Source: an uncultured Chloroflexia bacterium
GTDB taxonomy: Bacteria; Chloroflexota; Chloroflexia; Thermomicrobiales; UBA6265
Reading direction: 5' to 3'
NCBI GenBank assembly: GCA_963741795.1
Contig: CAVUJM010000024.1
Location: 1,657 to 65,656 of the forward strand
DNA length: 64,000 nucleotides
Of the stretch, positions 32,712 to 42,874 are shown piece by piece. The position numbers and the translations under genes are program-made. Every line of letters starts with the position of its first letter. Positions within the stretch are counted from its first letter, which is position 1. The notes beneath the pieces were generated by a model that saw only the letters and a list, made by a program, of their open reading frames with translations, made no database searches and was not told where the DNA came from.

Positions 32712-33311
32712 AGCGCTCTCCCTGTTGCCGTCCCTGCATGGTCGCTCTTCGCATTGCCGGCCAGCTAGCCCTGCATGCGGACGACGGGTCACTCCGACAC
32801 GCCCCAGCAGCCGAGATACGCCTCGCTGTTGATGTACCCAATGCCAACCGGCGAACATCTCGGGCTAAGGAATCGACCAATCCTCCGTGGGACAAGATCG
32901 TGAGGCATCCCTCACGGGCCACAACGCACTGGTATGGTGGTCGGGCCCGTATCCACCGTAGTCCGTCGCGTGTGTCAAAGGCACAACAGGGATCGGCACA
33001 GCGTGCCAATCACGTGGCAGCGACGTTCCCTGGCCCGAATCGGGAATCAGCGTCATCACGCGACAGTGAGACCTGAACCGAGTCCATCCCCGACGCAGAT
33101 ACCGTCGGGGTTCGTCCGGATGTGCTGTGAGTGGGATAATGAAGCCGCCATGATACCGATGTGGCCTGGACCACGAACGAGAGAAGGTGCCCTGGCAACG
33201 TGGAGGCGCCTGCGGGCACCCGGCATCGGTGAGGTCTGCTTCGAGGATCGGCATCCCCTGCTTCGAAGCGAGAGAAGGCAGATCCGGACACGCTAAAGGG
33301 AGTGTCACACC

Positions 33312-33506
33312 ATGAGCGACAACATCATAGATCTCGGCGCCCGTCGCCGCGCTCGCCGCACCCCTGAAGAGCTACAAGAGCTGATGGGCCGCATGGACGA
33401 GCTCGAGGAGATTCTCGAAGCCATGGATGAGCTCGGCGTACGCACGCGCGAGGAGATCGCCGACCTGCTGGAGCAGCTCGAGAAGGAATCAGGTGACGAC
33501 GAGTAA
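33312..33506 (+). CDS. small acidic coiled-coil protein (64 aa), function unknown
   Basis: AAAGGGAG lies 10 nt upstream. [64 protein letters not shown]. The 3' end overlaps the rarA reading frame. Confidence 0.5.
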   Translation: MSDNIIDLGARRRARRTPEELQELMGRMDELEEILEAMDELGVRTREEIADLLEQLEKESGDDE

Positions 33507-33525
33507 ACGGACACCGCAACCCGCC

Positions 33526-34902
33526 ATGGATATGTTCGAGGCCCACAGGAGAGAGCAACTATCGTCCCGCGCCCCGTTGGCGACACGGATGCGCCCGCGG
33601 TCGCTGGACGACCTCGTCGGGCAAGACCACGTCATCGGCCAGGGCACGTTGCTGCGCAAGGCGATCGAGGCCGACCGCCTCTCGTCGCTGATCCTGTGGG
33701 GCCCGCCCGGCGCCGGGAAGACGACCCTCGCCCGCATCGTCGCGACCACCACGCGCGCCGCATTCGTCGCCGTCAGCGCGGTGACCTCCGGCGTCGCCGA
33801 CCTCCGCAAGGCGATCAGCGAGGCGCAGGACCGACTCGGCATGAACGGGCAGCGCACGGTCCTGTTCATCGACGAGATCCATCGCTTCAACAAGGCCCAG
33901 CAGGACGCCATCCTCCCGCATGTCGAGGACGGCACGGTCATCCTGATCGGCGCGACGACCGAAAACCCCTCGTTTGAGGTCAATGCGCCGCTCCTCTCCC
34001 GCTCGCGCGTCATCACGCTGAGGTCACTGGCGGACGAGGACATCAAGACGATCGTCCGGCGGGCGCTCGCCGACCAGGAGCGCGGGCTCGGGCTCGATGA
34101 GCTGACGATCACCGACGACGCGCTGGACCACCTTGCGAACATGGCGAACGGTGACGCCCGCTTCGCCCTCAACACGCTGGAGTTCGCGGCGACCGGCGTC
34201 GGCGACGACAAGGTCGTCACCCAGGATCTTGTCAGCGAAGCCGCCCAGCGTCGTGCCGCGACCTACGACAAGAGCGGCGACGATCACTTCGACACCATCT
34301 CCGCGCTGCACAAGACCCTGCGCGGATCCGACCCCGATGCGGCGCTCTACTGGCTCGGGCGCATGCTGGAGCGCGGTGACGACCCGCTCTACGTCGCGCG
34401 CCGACTCGTCCGCTTCGCCTCGGAGGACGTCGGCCTCGCCGACCCGGCCGCGCTGGAGCTGGCGATGGCGGCGCAACAGGCGGTGCACTTCATCGGCCTG
34501 CCGGAGGGCGCGCTGGCGCTCGCCGAGCTGACTGTCTACCTCGCCCTCGCGCCCAAGAGCAACGCCGTCTACAAGGCCTACAACCAGGTTCGCGACGACG
34601 TCGCCAAGACGCGCAACGACCCGGTGCCGATGCACCTGCGCAACGCCCCGACTCGCTTCATGAAGGAGGAGGGCTTCGGCAAGGGCTACAAGTACGCGCA
34701 CGACTTCGAGGGCGGCGTGATCGGCCAGGTGAACCTGCCAGACAACATCAAGGGCCGGCGCTACTACCAGCCGACCGACCGGGGCCTGGAGCGCGAGCTG
34801 GGCCGCCGCCTGGACCGCATCCAGGAGGTCTATCGCACGACGCAACAGCAGGAACGGGAGCAGCAGCGCGGTTCCGGAACCTCCGACAAGGACACCACAT
34901 GA
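33526..34902 (+). CDS. rarA: replication-associated recombination protein A (RarA/MgsA AAA+ ATPase)
   Basis: [19 protein letters not shown], Walker [14 protein letters not shown], Walker [30 protein letters not shown]-terminal [19 protein letters not shown] and YKYAHDF. An alternative GTG start lies at 33493. Confidence 0.9.
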   Translation: MDMFEAHRREQLSSRAPLATRMRPRSLDDLVGQDHVIGQGTLLRKAIEADRLSSLILWGPPGAGKTTLARIVATTTRAAFVAVSAVTSGVADLRKAISEAQDRLGMNGQRTVLFIDEIHRFNKAQQDAILPHVEDGTVILIGATTENPSFEVNAPLLSRSRVITLRSLADEDIKTIVRRALADQERGLGLDELTITDDALDHLANMANGDARFALNTLEFAATGVGDDKVVTQDLVSEAAQRRAATYDKSGDDHFDTISALHKTLRGSDPDAALYWLGRMLERGDDPLYVARRLVRFASEDVGLADPAALELAMAAQQAVHFIGLPEGALALAELTVYLALAPKSNAVYKAYNQVRDDVAKTRNDPVPMHLRNAPTRFMKEEGFGKGYKYAHDFEGGVIGQVNLPDNIKGRRYYQPTDRGLERELGRRLDRIQEVYRTTQQQEREQQRGSGTSDKDTT

Positions 34903-35636
34903 CCTACACGATCCCGATGCGCCGCTCCTACGGCCGTGACCTGGACGAGCTGCGGCCGCTCTCGATCGAGACGAACGTCATCCCGCACGCCGAGGGTTCG
35001 GCGTACATCAAGCTCGGCAACACCCATGTCCTCTGCACCGCAACGGTCGACGAGAACGTCCCGCGCTGGATGAAGGGCAAGGGCACCGGCTGGGTGACCG
35101 CTGAATACGCCCTCCTCCCCCGCTCCACCAAAGAGCGCACCGACCGCGAAGCCGTGAAGGGCAAGCAGGGGGGCCGCACCGTCGAGATCCAGCGCCTGAT
35201 CGGCCGCTCGCTGCGCGCGGTGACGGACATGAAGGCCCTCGGGGAGCGCCAGGTGATCCTCGACTGCGACGTCATCATGGCCGACGGTGGCACCCGCTGC
35301 GCCGCGATCACTGGCGCCTATGTCGCCCTTGCCATGGCCAGCAACCGGCTCGTCGAGCAGAAGTCGCTGCGGAAAGGCTTCCTCTCCTCCGCCGTTGCGG
35401 CCGTCAGCGTCGGTGTCGTGAACAACGTCCCGGTGCTGGATCTCGACTACAACGAGGACTTCAAGGCCGACGTCGACGCGAACATCGTGATGACCGACAA
35501 GGGCGAATTCGTCGAAGTCCAGAGCACCGCCGAGGGCGATCCGTTCTCGATGGACACCCTCACGCGCCTGCTCGGCCTCGCCGACACCGGCATTCGCCAA
35601 CTCCTCGACGCGCAGCGCGCCGCGCTCGCCGGGTAG
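34899..35636 (+). CDS. rph: ribonuclease PH
   Basis: [90 protein letters not shown]. The start overlaps the rarA stop (ATGA). Confidence 0.95.
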   Translation: MTYTIPMRRSYGRDLDELRPLSIETNVIPHAEGSAYIKLGNTHVLCTATVDENVPRWMKGKGTGWVTAEYALLPRSTKERTDREAVKGKQGGRTVEIQRLIGRSLRAVTDMKALGERQVILDCDVIMADGGTRCAAITGAYVALAMASNRLVEQKSLRKGFLSSAVAAVSVGVVNNVPVLDLDYNEDFKADVDANIVMTDKGEFVEVQSTAEGDPFSMDTLTRLLGLADTGIRQLLDAQRAALAG

Positions 35637-35757
35637 GCAGCCGCAACAGTCGGTACACATAACCAATAACCGGCACGCGACAAACTGATAGACTGGGGCC
35701 TCTTCCGGGACCACATCGACAGGCACCCCTTCGTCCCCCGCACCGGAGGCCCCAGTC

Positions 35758-36645
35758 ATGTCCACTTCCTGGCGACCCTCTGATATCCCCGACATGACCG
35801 GCAAGAACGCCGTCGTGACCGGCTCCGGCCGCGCGCTCGGGCGCTCCATCGTGGAGCGCCTCGCCGAACGCGGCGCAAACGTCTTCGCCGTCTCGCGTGA
35901 CGAGCTCCCGGATGACCGGTTCGGGGTGAATGTCGAGCCGGTCCACATGATCCCGACCAGCATGGAGTCGATCCAGCGCGGGGCGGAACACATCCGCGAC
36001 CAGGTCGAGAAGATCGACCTGTTGGTCCACGCGGCAACCATCTCCACCGCGCCACGCTTCCGGACCACGGAGGGACACGGCCTGATGCTGGCGACCAACT
36101 ACCTGGGGTTCGTCCTGCTCAGCCACGAGCTCGCCCCCGCGATGCGCCGCAGCGAACGTCCCCGCGTCGTCCTTGCCGGCCCCGGCGACCCCCTCGAGGT
36201 CCCGGTCAGCCTGGACGGTCTCGACGCCGATGCCGATGTTCCCTGGCCCGTGCTCTATCACCAGTCGCGCATCGCCGCGATGATCTTCGCGATGGAGCTC
36301 AACGTCCGGGCGACGGCACACCGGTCCCACCTGCTCTCGGCCGTCGCTGAAGGCGAAGATGAGGATCCCCTGCATTCCCGTCATCACCCGATGCGGGCGC
36401 GGGCAAGATCGGTCCTCGCGCGCATGGGTGGCGGGCCGGAGGACACCCACGCGGCCCCGACGCTCTTCGCGTCGACCGCCGCCGAAGCAGCAGGCGGGAC
36501 CTACTACGCCCCGGCCGGACGCGGACGCCTGCACGCCGACCCAATCGCAGCCCGACTGCCAGCGGAGGCAAGCAGCGACGACGTGCGTGACGAGCTGTGG
36601 CAGCGCACGGAAGACATGCTCGGTATCCGGCTCGACGTCGCCTAA
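35758..36645 (+). CDS. short-chain dehydrogenase/reductase-like protein (divergent)
   Basis: Rossmann-type start GKNAVVTGSGRALGRSIVERLAERGANVFAVSRD and NYLG. The usual YxxxK reads YHQSR, so catalytic competence is uncertain. Confidence 0.6.
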   Translation: MSTSWRPSDIPDMTGKNAVVTGSGRALGRSIVERLAERGANVFAVSRDELPDDRFGVNVEPVHMIPTSMESIQRGAEHIRDQVEKIDLLVHAATISTAPRFRTTEGHGLMLATNYLGFVLLSHELAPAMRRSERPRVVLAGPGDPLEVPVSLDGLDADADVPWPVLYHQSRIAAMIFAMELNVRATAHRSHLLSAVAEGEDEDPLHSRHHPMRARARSVLARMGGGPEDTHAAPTLFASTAAEAAGGTYYAPAGRGRLHADPIAARLPAEASSDDVRDELWQRTEDMLGIRLDVA

Positions 36646-36717
36646 GCGTGACCGGCATTCCCCTGGATAGGCGATACTAGGCTCAGAAGAGACCGTGACA
36701 ACATCAGGGGAAGTGCC

Positions 36718-38371
36718 ATGTTCCACGTGATTCCGACTCCCGCGTCCCTATCCATGCGCGAGGGCGACCCGTTCGTCCTGTCCGACGACACGCCGATTAT
36801 CGCGGGCCCGGAGATGGGTGGCGCTATCGACGCGTTCCTGCGCTCCCTGGAGGCCAGCACCGGCATTGTGCTCTCGCGGGAGAGCGCCGATGACCGACCG
36901 GGCATCACGCTCACCGTCGACGCGGAAGACGAACATCTGTCGGGGCTGGTGACGCCAGCCGGGCTTCGTGCCGACGATGGCGACCCGACCGCCGAAGCGC
37001 ACCGCATCGACATCAATGCCGGCGAGATCACGATCACGGGGCGCAGCGCCGAAGGGGTCTTTCGGGGCTTGATGACGCTCGTCCAGCTGGCCGGCACGTC
37101 GCCCCTCGCCGATGAGGGCATCGAGATCCCGGCGCTGCAGGTCGCCGACGCCCCGCGCTATGCATGGCGGGGCATCTCCTTCGACGTCGTGCGCCGCTTC
37201 TCCACGCCCGACGAGGTGAAGGCGGTCATCGACCTCCTCGCCCTCTACAAGGCGAACGTGCTGCACCTGCACCTGACCGACGCCGAGGGCTGGCGCATCG
37301 AGATTGACAGGTGGCCGAAGCTCGCCGAGGTCGCCAGCACCGGCGCCGTGGGCGACCGTCCGGGCGGGTTCTACACGAAGGAGCAGTTCCGCGACCTCGT
37401 CCGCTACGCGGCCGACCGCTTCATCACCGTTGTCCCGGAGATCGAAATGCCGGGGCACGCGGCGGCCATCTTCCGCGCCTACCCGGAGCTGGCCGGCAAC
37501 GGCGTGGACCCGAAAGACGACCAACCTCGACCGTTCGCCGTGGTTCCAGGTCATGCACCCGGACAACCCTCAGATCTTCGGCTTCCTGGAAGATGTCTTC
37601 CAGGAGGTCACCGAGATGACGCCGGGTGCCTACCTGCACATCGGCGGTGACGAGGCGCTCGGCATGGACGCGGAACTGTACGCCCGCTTCATGCAGCGCG
37701 CGAGAGAGATCGCGTCTGCAACCGGCAAGAAGGTCGTGGCATGGCAAGAGACCTCGCGCAGCGGCTTCGCGCCGGAGGACATCGCGCAGATCTGGCTTGA
37801 GCCGTCCGTCCATGACATCGACGAGGGGGACAAGCCAGAGCCGCCGAAGCAGGAAGACCTCCCGCCCGACATGGAGGAGGTCAACGCCGCGTTCGGCGAG
37901 GCGGCGCGCGTCTCCCCGTTCGACCTGCCACGCATCATCGAGCAAGGCGCGTCCGTCCTACTCTCGCTCCAGCCCGTGTCGTACCTCGACATGCGCTACC
38001 GCGAGCCGTCGGCCGATGCGGAGCAGGAGGCGATGCGCAAACACGTCGGCGCGCCGTTCTATGGCTCCCGCACGGTCCGCGACTTCTTCCTCTGGGACCC
38101 GGGCACGATCAAGCCGGAGGTAGCCCCTGAGCGCATCGCCGGCGTCGAGGCCGCCATCTGGTGCGAGACCGTCGAGACGGCGGGAGACCTGTTCTTCCTG
38201 CTTGTGCCGCGCCTCGTCGGCATCCTCGAGAAGGGTTGGGCGCCGGCGGCCGATCCGGATGCTGCATGGGACGATTACGCTGGCCGGCTCGCCGCCCACG
38301 ATGCGATCTGGGACCACCATGGCTGGCCCTACTTCCGCTCGTCGCTGATCTGGGACAAGCCGGGCGACTAA
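36718..38371 (+). pseudogene. beta-N-acetylhexosaminidase (GH20); frame shift near 37516, probable assembly error
   Basis: ORF 36718-37650 has DAPRYAWRGISFDVVRRF, ANVLHLHLTDAEGWRIEI, VVPEIEMPGHAAA. After ...GNGVDPK the family sequence continues in ORF 37304-38371 (NLDRSPWFQVMHPDNPQIFGFLEDVFQEVTEMTPGAYLHIGGDEA...AAIWCE). Confidence 0.85.
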
Positions 38372-38401
38372 AGCGGTTCTCGTTGAAATTGCGCGCCCGT
38401 T

Positions 38402-38603
38402 ATCGACCTTCGGTCGATCGGTCGACACGCGGTCGACCCCTACCGGGTGCCTCATCAATCCTCGCTCTATGCGCGCGTATCAGGGTGGTTGATAGGTAGT
38501 CCCGGGCCCTGTGCCCGGGACCGGCACCGAAGGTGCCGCCTTGGCGCCCATATCGCCCTTCGGGCGATATGGGCGCCGCCCGGCCACCGGCACGGCAGGT
38601 GCC
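38402..38603. repeat. dense cluster of REP/BIME-like hairpins (at least six stems)
   Basis: ATCGACC-TTC-GGTCGAT 38402-38418. GGTCGAC-ACGCG-GTCGACC 38420-38438. GTAGTC 38496-38501 plus H1 38499-38521 (identical to 3298-3320). CGGCACC-GAA-GGTGCCG 38522-38538. 16-bp stem GGCGCCCATATCGCCC-TTC-GGGCGATATGGGCGCC 38543-38577. GGCAC-GGCAG-GTGCC 38589-38603. Confidence 0.75.
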
Positions 38604-39663
38604 CCAGGCGCTGATGACTGCGTGACGAGGTGTTCGGAGAGACGGCCCTTCCCAGCCCCTCAATCTCCAGCGCGATGTCGATCAAGGCGTCCCTGAGCGC
38701 GGCCGTCCACTCGCCGGACACGGCGGAGATGCGGACGTGGTCGCGGAGGTTGGGATGCGGCGGGCGATAGACGTCGATGCCGCGCTCCGCCAGGCGGGGC
38801 ACGAAGAAGTCGGCGCCACCGCGCTCGAAGCGGCAGATGAGGAAGTTCGCCCACGACGGATACGGCGCGCTGATCATGTTCAGCTTCCGCATCTGCCGGA
38901 ACAGCCGCCCCTTCTCGGCGGTCACCCGTTTCAGCGTGCGCTGGACGAAGTCCCAGTCATCGAGCGTTGCCAGCGCTGCGACCACTGACAGCCGGCTGAC
39001 GCCTGATGGACGTCCCCGCTTCGCGATCTCCTTCGCAAACGACGGCGGCGCGATCGCCCAGGCCAGCGGCAGGCTCGTCAGCCCGGCGAACGTCTCAAAC
39101 GTCTGGACGACGATCAGGTTCTCCCACTCCCGCACCAGCGGCAGGATCGTGCGCGGGCTGTAGGCCGCGTGGCGCTCGTCGACCACGACCACCGCGCACC
39201 GACGCAGCAGCCGCACGGTCTCCTGCACGGTCATGATCGTTCCCGAGGGGTCGTTCGGGGACATCACCACCGCGGTCGACCCGCGCGGGATGTCCTCCAG
39301 CCCGGTCCGCACCGGCATCCGGAAACCGTTGAGCCGTGGCAGGTGCTCGACCTGGGCGCCGTGCGCCTCGACCCAGTCGTCCAGCTGGGGGTCGCTCGGC
39401 GGGAACGTCAGCAGCGGACCAAAGTCCGTTCGCCAGCGCGTGATCATCGCATGCAGGTCGTCGATACCGTTCGCGAGCACCACCCAGCTCGCGGGTACGC
39501 CAACGAACGCGCCGAGGCGAGCGCGAAGTTCGTCGGCCAGGCGATCCGTGCTGTCGCGACGCGGATCGTCGGCCGCAATCGCGTCCCAGACCTGCTCGCT
39601 CGGGCCATAGGGGTTCGCGACCAGGTCGAGCCTGATGCGTTCATCGGTGAAGGTGGTGTTCAT
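38467..39663 (-). CDS. class I/II pyridoxal-phosphate aminotransferase (histidinol-phosphate aminotransferase-like); 3' end doubtful
   Basis: MNTTFTDERIRLDLVANPYGPS..., VVLANGIDD, VMSPNDPSGT, VVVDERHAAY, QTFETFAGLTSLPLAW, HVRISAVS. The family-like sequence ends near ...LIDIALEIEG (about 38660), but the frame stays open for roughly 65 more codons across the hairpin repeats to TAG 38467. Confidence 0.75.
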   Translation of the reverse strand: MNTTFTDERIRLDLVANPYGPSEQVWDAIAADDPRRDSTDRLADELRARLGAFVGVPASWVVLANGIDDLHAMITRWRTDFGPLLTFPPSDPQLDDWVEAHGAQVEHLPRLNGFRMPVRTGLEDIPRGSTAVVMSPNDPSGTIMTVQETVRLLRRCAVVVVDERHAAYSPRTILPLVREWENLIVVQTFETFAGLTSLPLAWAIAPPSFAKEIAKRGRPSGVSRLSVVAALATLDDWDFVQRTLKRVTAEKGRLFRQMRKLNMISAPYPSWANFLICRFERGGADFFVPRLAERGIDVYRPPHPNLRDHVRISAVSGEWTAALRDALIDIALEIEGLGRAVSPNTSSRSHQRLGHLPCRWPGGAHIARRAIWAPRRHLRCRSRAQGPGLPINHPDTRA

Positions 39664-39679
39664 GACGTGGCGTTGACCT

Positions 39680-40522
39680 CTAGCTGACGAGCGGCGCTTC
39701 GGCGGCGTCCTCGTGATGCTCGGCGGTCGCCGGCTCGACGACGCCCGGCAACGGCCCAGCGACGTGGGTGACCTGCTGACCGGGCCCGACATGGTACACC
39801 ACGATCCCGCCAAGGTCCGGCACGGCGACATTGCGCACGGGCGTCCCGCCCGGCGTCGCACCGATCGGGTTCCCGAGGTGCGCGTGCCCATGAACCGCGA
39901 GGTCGACGCGATGGTCATCGATCACGTTGCCAAGCAGGGCATTGCCCAGCATCCAGTACTTCAGGGCCGGCTCATGGCCCAGCGTCTCGACCGTCGGGGC
40001 GAAATGGGTCAACAAGAGGTGGACATCCGCGCCCCTCGTCTCGACGTCGTCGAGCACGCGATCGAGCCGGGTGGCCTCGCGGCGGGACTTCGCCATCACT
40101 GCGCGCGCCAACCGCGCCGCGCGGGCCGTCGGGCCAGCGTCGCCGCCGAACCCGCCTCCGGTACCGGTGGTGCCGGAGATCGCGATCCGCGCCCCGTTCG
40201 GGAGATCGAGGGTGCGGAACTCGCCATCCAGGATATCGACGCCGACCGCCATCAGGAGCTTGCGCATCGCCATCCGGCGCAGGCCCCGCCGGTCATGGTT
40301 GCCGAGCACGGCGAACACCGGCACGGGCGCATCGGCGAACGCCAGCGCCGCGATCTCGACCTCCGGAATGCGGCCACCGTCGGTGATGTCACCCGCCACC
40401 AGCAACACGTCAGCGATCTCGCCCAGCCCGGCGAATGCCTCGGGCCGCGCGAGCGACGACGTGCGGATGTGGGTGTCGGACAGCGCGGCGACGCGAACGA
40501 TGTCGGGAGAGCGATCGGGCAC
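39680..40522 (-). CDS. metallophosphoesterase
   Basis: Calcineurin-like motifs ALSDTH, LLVAGDITDGG, VLGNHD, LLLTHFAP, AVHGHAH. Lies 16 nt upstream of the aminotransferase gene on the same strand. Confidence 0.8.
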   Translation of the reverse strand: MPDRSPDIVRVAALSDTHIRTSSLARPEAFAGLGEIADVLLVAGDITDGGRIPEVEIAALAFADAPVPVFAVLGNHDRRGLRRMAMRKLLMAVGVDILDGEFRTLDLPNGARIAISGTTGTGGGFGGDAGPTARAARLARAVMAKSRREATRLDRVLDDVETRGADVHLLLTHFAPTVETLGHEPALKYWMLGNALLGNVIDDHRVDLAVHGHAHLGNPIGATPGGTPVRNVAVPDLGGIVVYHVGPGQQVTHVAGPLPGVVEPATAEHHEDAAEAPLVS

Positions 40523-40753
40523 AAGAACCTTTCGGGAACGGACCGGCGTGTCGGGCCGGGCAGGCGAAGACGTATAGCGCCGTTAAGTCTATCCCACCAT
40601 CGGTAGCGCCGTGCCACGGGGTGGCCTCGGCTATCGCCTGCTCCTATACTGAACCGGACCTTTCCATGCTCGCTACGGTCCGATCGCCTGACCGTGGCCA
40701 CGTGGTCTGTCCTGTTGCGTCCTGCACGAGCTCACCCGGAAGTGACCCTCTCT

Positions 40754-41975
40754 ATGCCGACTGCCGCTGCACCCGTTCGCCTGCCCATACCCACGCGCTG
40801 GCTTATCGCGATGGTTGCACTGCTCTACACCCTCTCCACAACCGCCGCCGCGCAGGATACCGGGGATTCGTTCGTCATCACCCCGCCGGACATCACGGCG
40901 AAGGCGCTCTTCGTGGTCGACGCGACGACCGGCATCCCGCTCTATACCAAGAACCCGGACGAGCACCTGCCAATCGGCTCGGTGGTCAAGATCATGACGG
41001 CGCTCGTGGTGATGAAGCACGTCGAGGACCTGGACGAGCCCGTGGTGATCCAGGAGTCAGACCTCGTCGACGTGAGCGTCTATTCGAACATGAACCTCCA
41101 GGCGGGTGACACGCTGACGGTGTCGTTCCTTCTCTATGGCCTGCTCATCCCCTCCGGGAACGACGGTGCGCGGGCGCTGGCACGGCACGTCGGCGGCAAG
41201 ATCAGCGGCAGCGAGGACTCCCGCGTCGCGACCGAGGCGTTTGTCAACGAGATGAACGCCTACGCCGCCGAGCTGGGCCTGAAGAACAGTCGATTCACCG
41301 TGCCGGACGGTACCGACGCTCCGAACGCCTATTCCTCGGCCGAGGACGTCAGCATCATGTCGCGGGAGCTGATGAAGAACGACACGCTGCGACGCATCGT
41401 CCGCGAGCCGGCCTACCAGTTCTATTCGATTGGCCCGGAGCAGCGGCTCTACGCCAAGGAAACGACGAACCAGCGCCTCGGCCAGAATGGCGTGGTCGGC
41501 GTCAAGACGGGGACAACCGAGCAGGCCGGAGGCAACGTCGTGCTCGCGCGCGAGGTGAATGGTGGCTCCAATACCGTCATCATTGTCATCCTTGGTGCCG
41601 ACCACAGTTACGAGACCGGTGACCCGAACACGCCGGACGCCCGCTGGACCGACGCCGACAGCCGTCATGTCATCCATGGATGCCCAGTTCGCCTGGACGA
41701 GCCCGACAACAGACGGGGTCCTTCCCGGGTTGAACGAAGAGATGGCGGTCTGGGATGTGCAGTTGAACAATCCACCGGCGATCCCGACGCCGACCATCGA
41801 CGGGGTGACGATCGGTTACCAGCTCCAGATCGGTGCTCCCACCGAGCCGGGCGAGCGCGCCGGCACCCTCTATCTCTATTACGGCCAAACCGAAGTGGGC
41901 GCCCTGCCCCTCGTCCAGGCCGGCGCGGCGTCCATGACCCCGCATATGCCTATGCCCTGGAAGGTGGCCGCATGA
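40754..41975 (+). pseudogene. D-alanyl-D-alanine carboxypeptidase (S11 penicillin-binding protein); frame shift near 41662, probable assembly error
   Basis: Signal sequence MPTAAAPVRLPIPTRWLIAMVALLYTLSTTAAAQD, active-site IGSVVKIMT (SxxK), IPSGND (SxN), VKTGTT (KTG). After ...ARWTDADS the sequence continues in ORF 41559-41975 (VMSSMDAQFAWTSPT...PWKVAA). The 726-aa track ORF fuses it to rluB only because of the shift. Confidence 0.8.
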
Positions 41976-42874
41976 GCAAACGACGACAAGACGAGTACCA
42001 GGACGACGACGTCCACAAGCCGACCGGTGAGCGCCTCCAGCGCGTACTGGCGCAGCGCGGCGTCGCATCGCGACGCGCCTCCGAGGAACTGATCACGGAC
42101 GGCCGCGTGCAGGTCAATGGCCGGGTCGTGACCCAGCTCGGGACCCGCGTCGATCCGATGAAGGACGAGATCCGCGTCGACGGCAAGCCCGTCCGGCGGC
42201 AGAAGCCCCGCTTCATCGTGCTGAACAAGCCGAGCGGTTTTATCACCACGGTGTCCGACGAGAAGCAGCGTTGGACAGTCATGAACCTCGTCGAGGTCGA
42301 GGAGCGCGTCTACCCGGTTGGCCGGCTCGACCGCGAGACCCAGGGCATCATCCTGCTCACCAACGTCGGCGAGGTCGCAAACCGGGTCATGCATCCGCGC
42401 TACCGGCTGGCGAAGGAATACCAGGTCATCACCGACCGCAAGCCGAACGACCGCCAGATGCAGACCTTGCGCGACGGCATCCTCATCGAGGACCGCGTCG
42501 TCGTCCCGGACGAGTGCCGGCTGCTGCGCGAAACCCCGGAAGGCATCATCATCAAGATCGTCATCCACGAGGGGCTTTACCACGTGGTGCGCCAGATGAT
42601 GGAGTCTGTCGGCATCAATGTTGTCCGGCTCCGCCGCGTGCGCATCGGTCCGCTATCGCTGACCGGCATCCCGAACGGTGCCTGGCGCGACCTCACGCCC
42701 GGCGAGCTGGTCCAGCTCTACGAGGCGGTCGGCTTGCCGACGCAGGATGCCGAGGAGATGAACACCCGGCGCCCGCAGCAGCTCACGCCGGTCGGCGGTT
42801 TCCAGCACATGTCGCCCATCCGCCACCCGCAGCGCCTTCGCGAACAGCAGGAAGCCCGCGCGGGAGGCAGATGA
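41972..42874 (+). CDS. rluB: 23S rRNA pseudouridine synthase, RluB/RsuA family
   Basis: ATG overlaps the upstream stop (ATGA). S4 domain RLQRVLAQRGVASRRASEELITDGRVQVNG, catalytic YPVGRLDRETQGIILLTN, and HPRYRLAKEY. Confidence 0.85.
   Translation: MSKRRQDEYQDDDVHKPTGERLQRVLAQRGVASRRASEELITDGRVQVNGRVVTQLGTRVDPMKDEIRVDGKPVRRQKPRFIVLNKPSGFITTVSDEKQRWTVMNLVEVEERVYPVGRLDRETQGIILLTNVGEVANRVMHPRYRLAKEYQVITDRKPNDRQMQTLRDGILIEDRVVVPDECRLLRETPEGIIIKIVIHEGLYHVVRQMMESVGINVVRLRRVRIGPLSLTGIPNGAWRDLTPGELVQLYEAVGLPTQDAEEMNTRRPQQLTPVGGFQHMSPIRHPQRLREQQEARAGGR

Noticed and set aside
38402-38603. The hairpin arrays as a CRISPR array.
   Set aside because: There are no regularly spaced identical direct repeats and no spacers of constant length. 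The units are different palindromes packed back to back, and no cas genes are present in the window.
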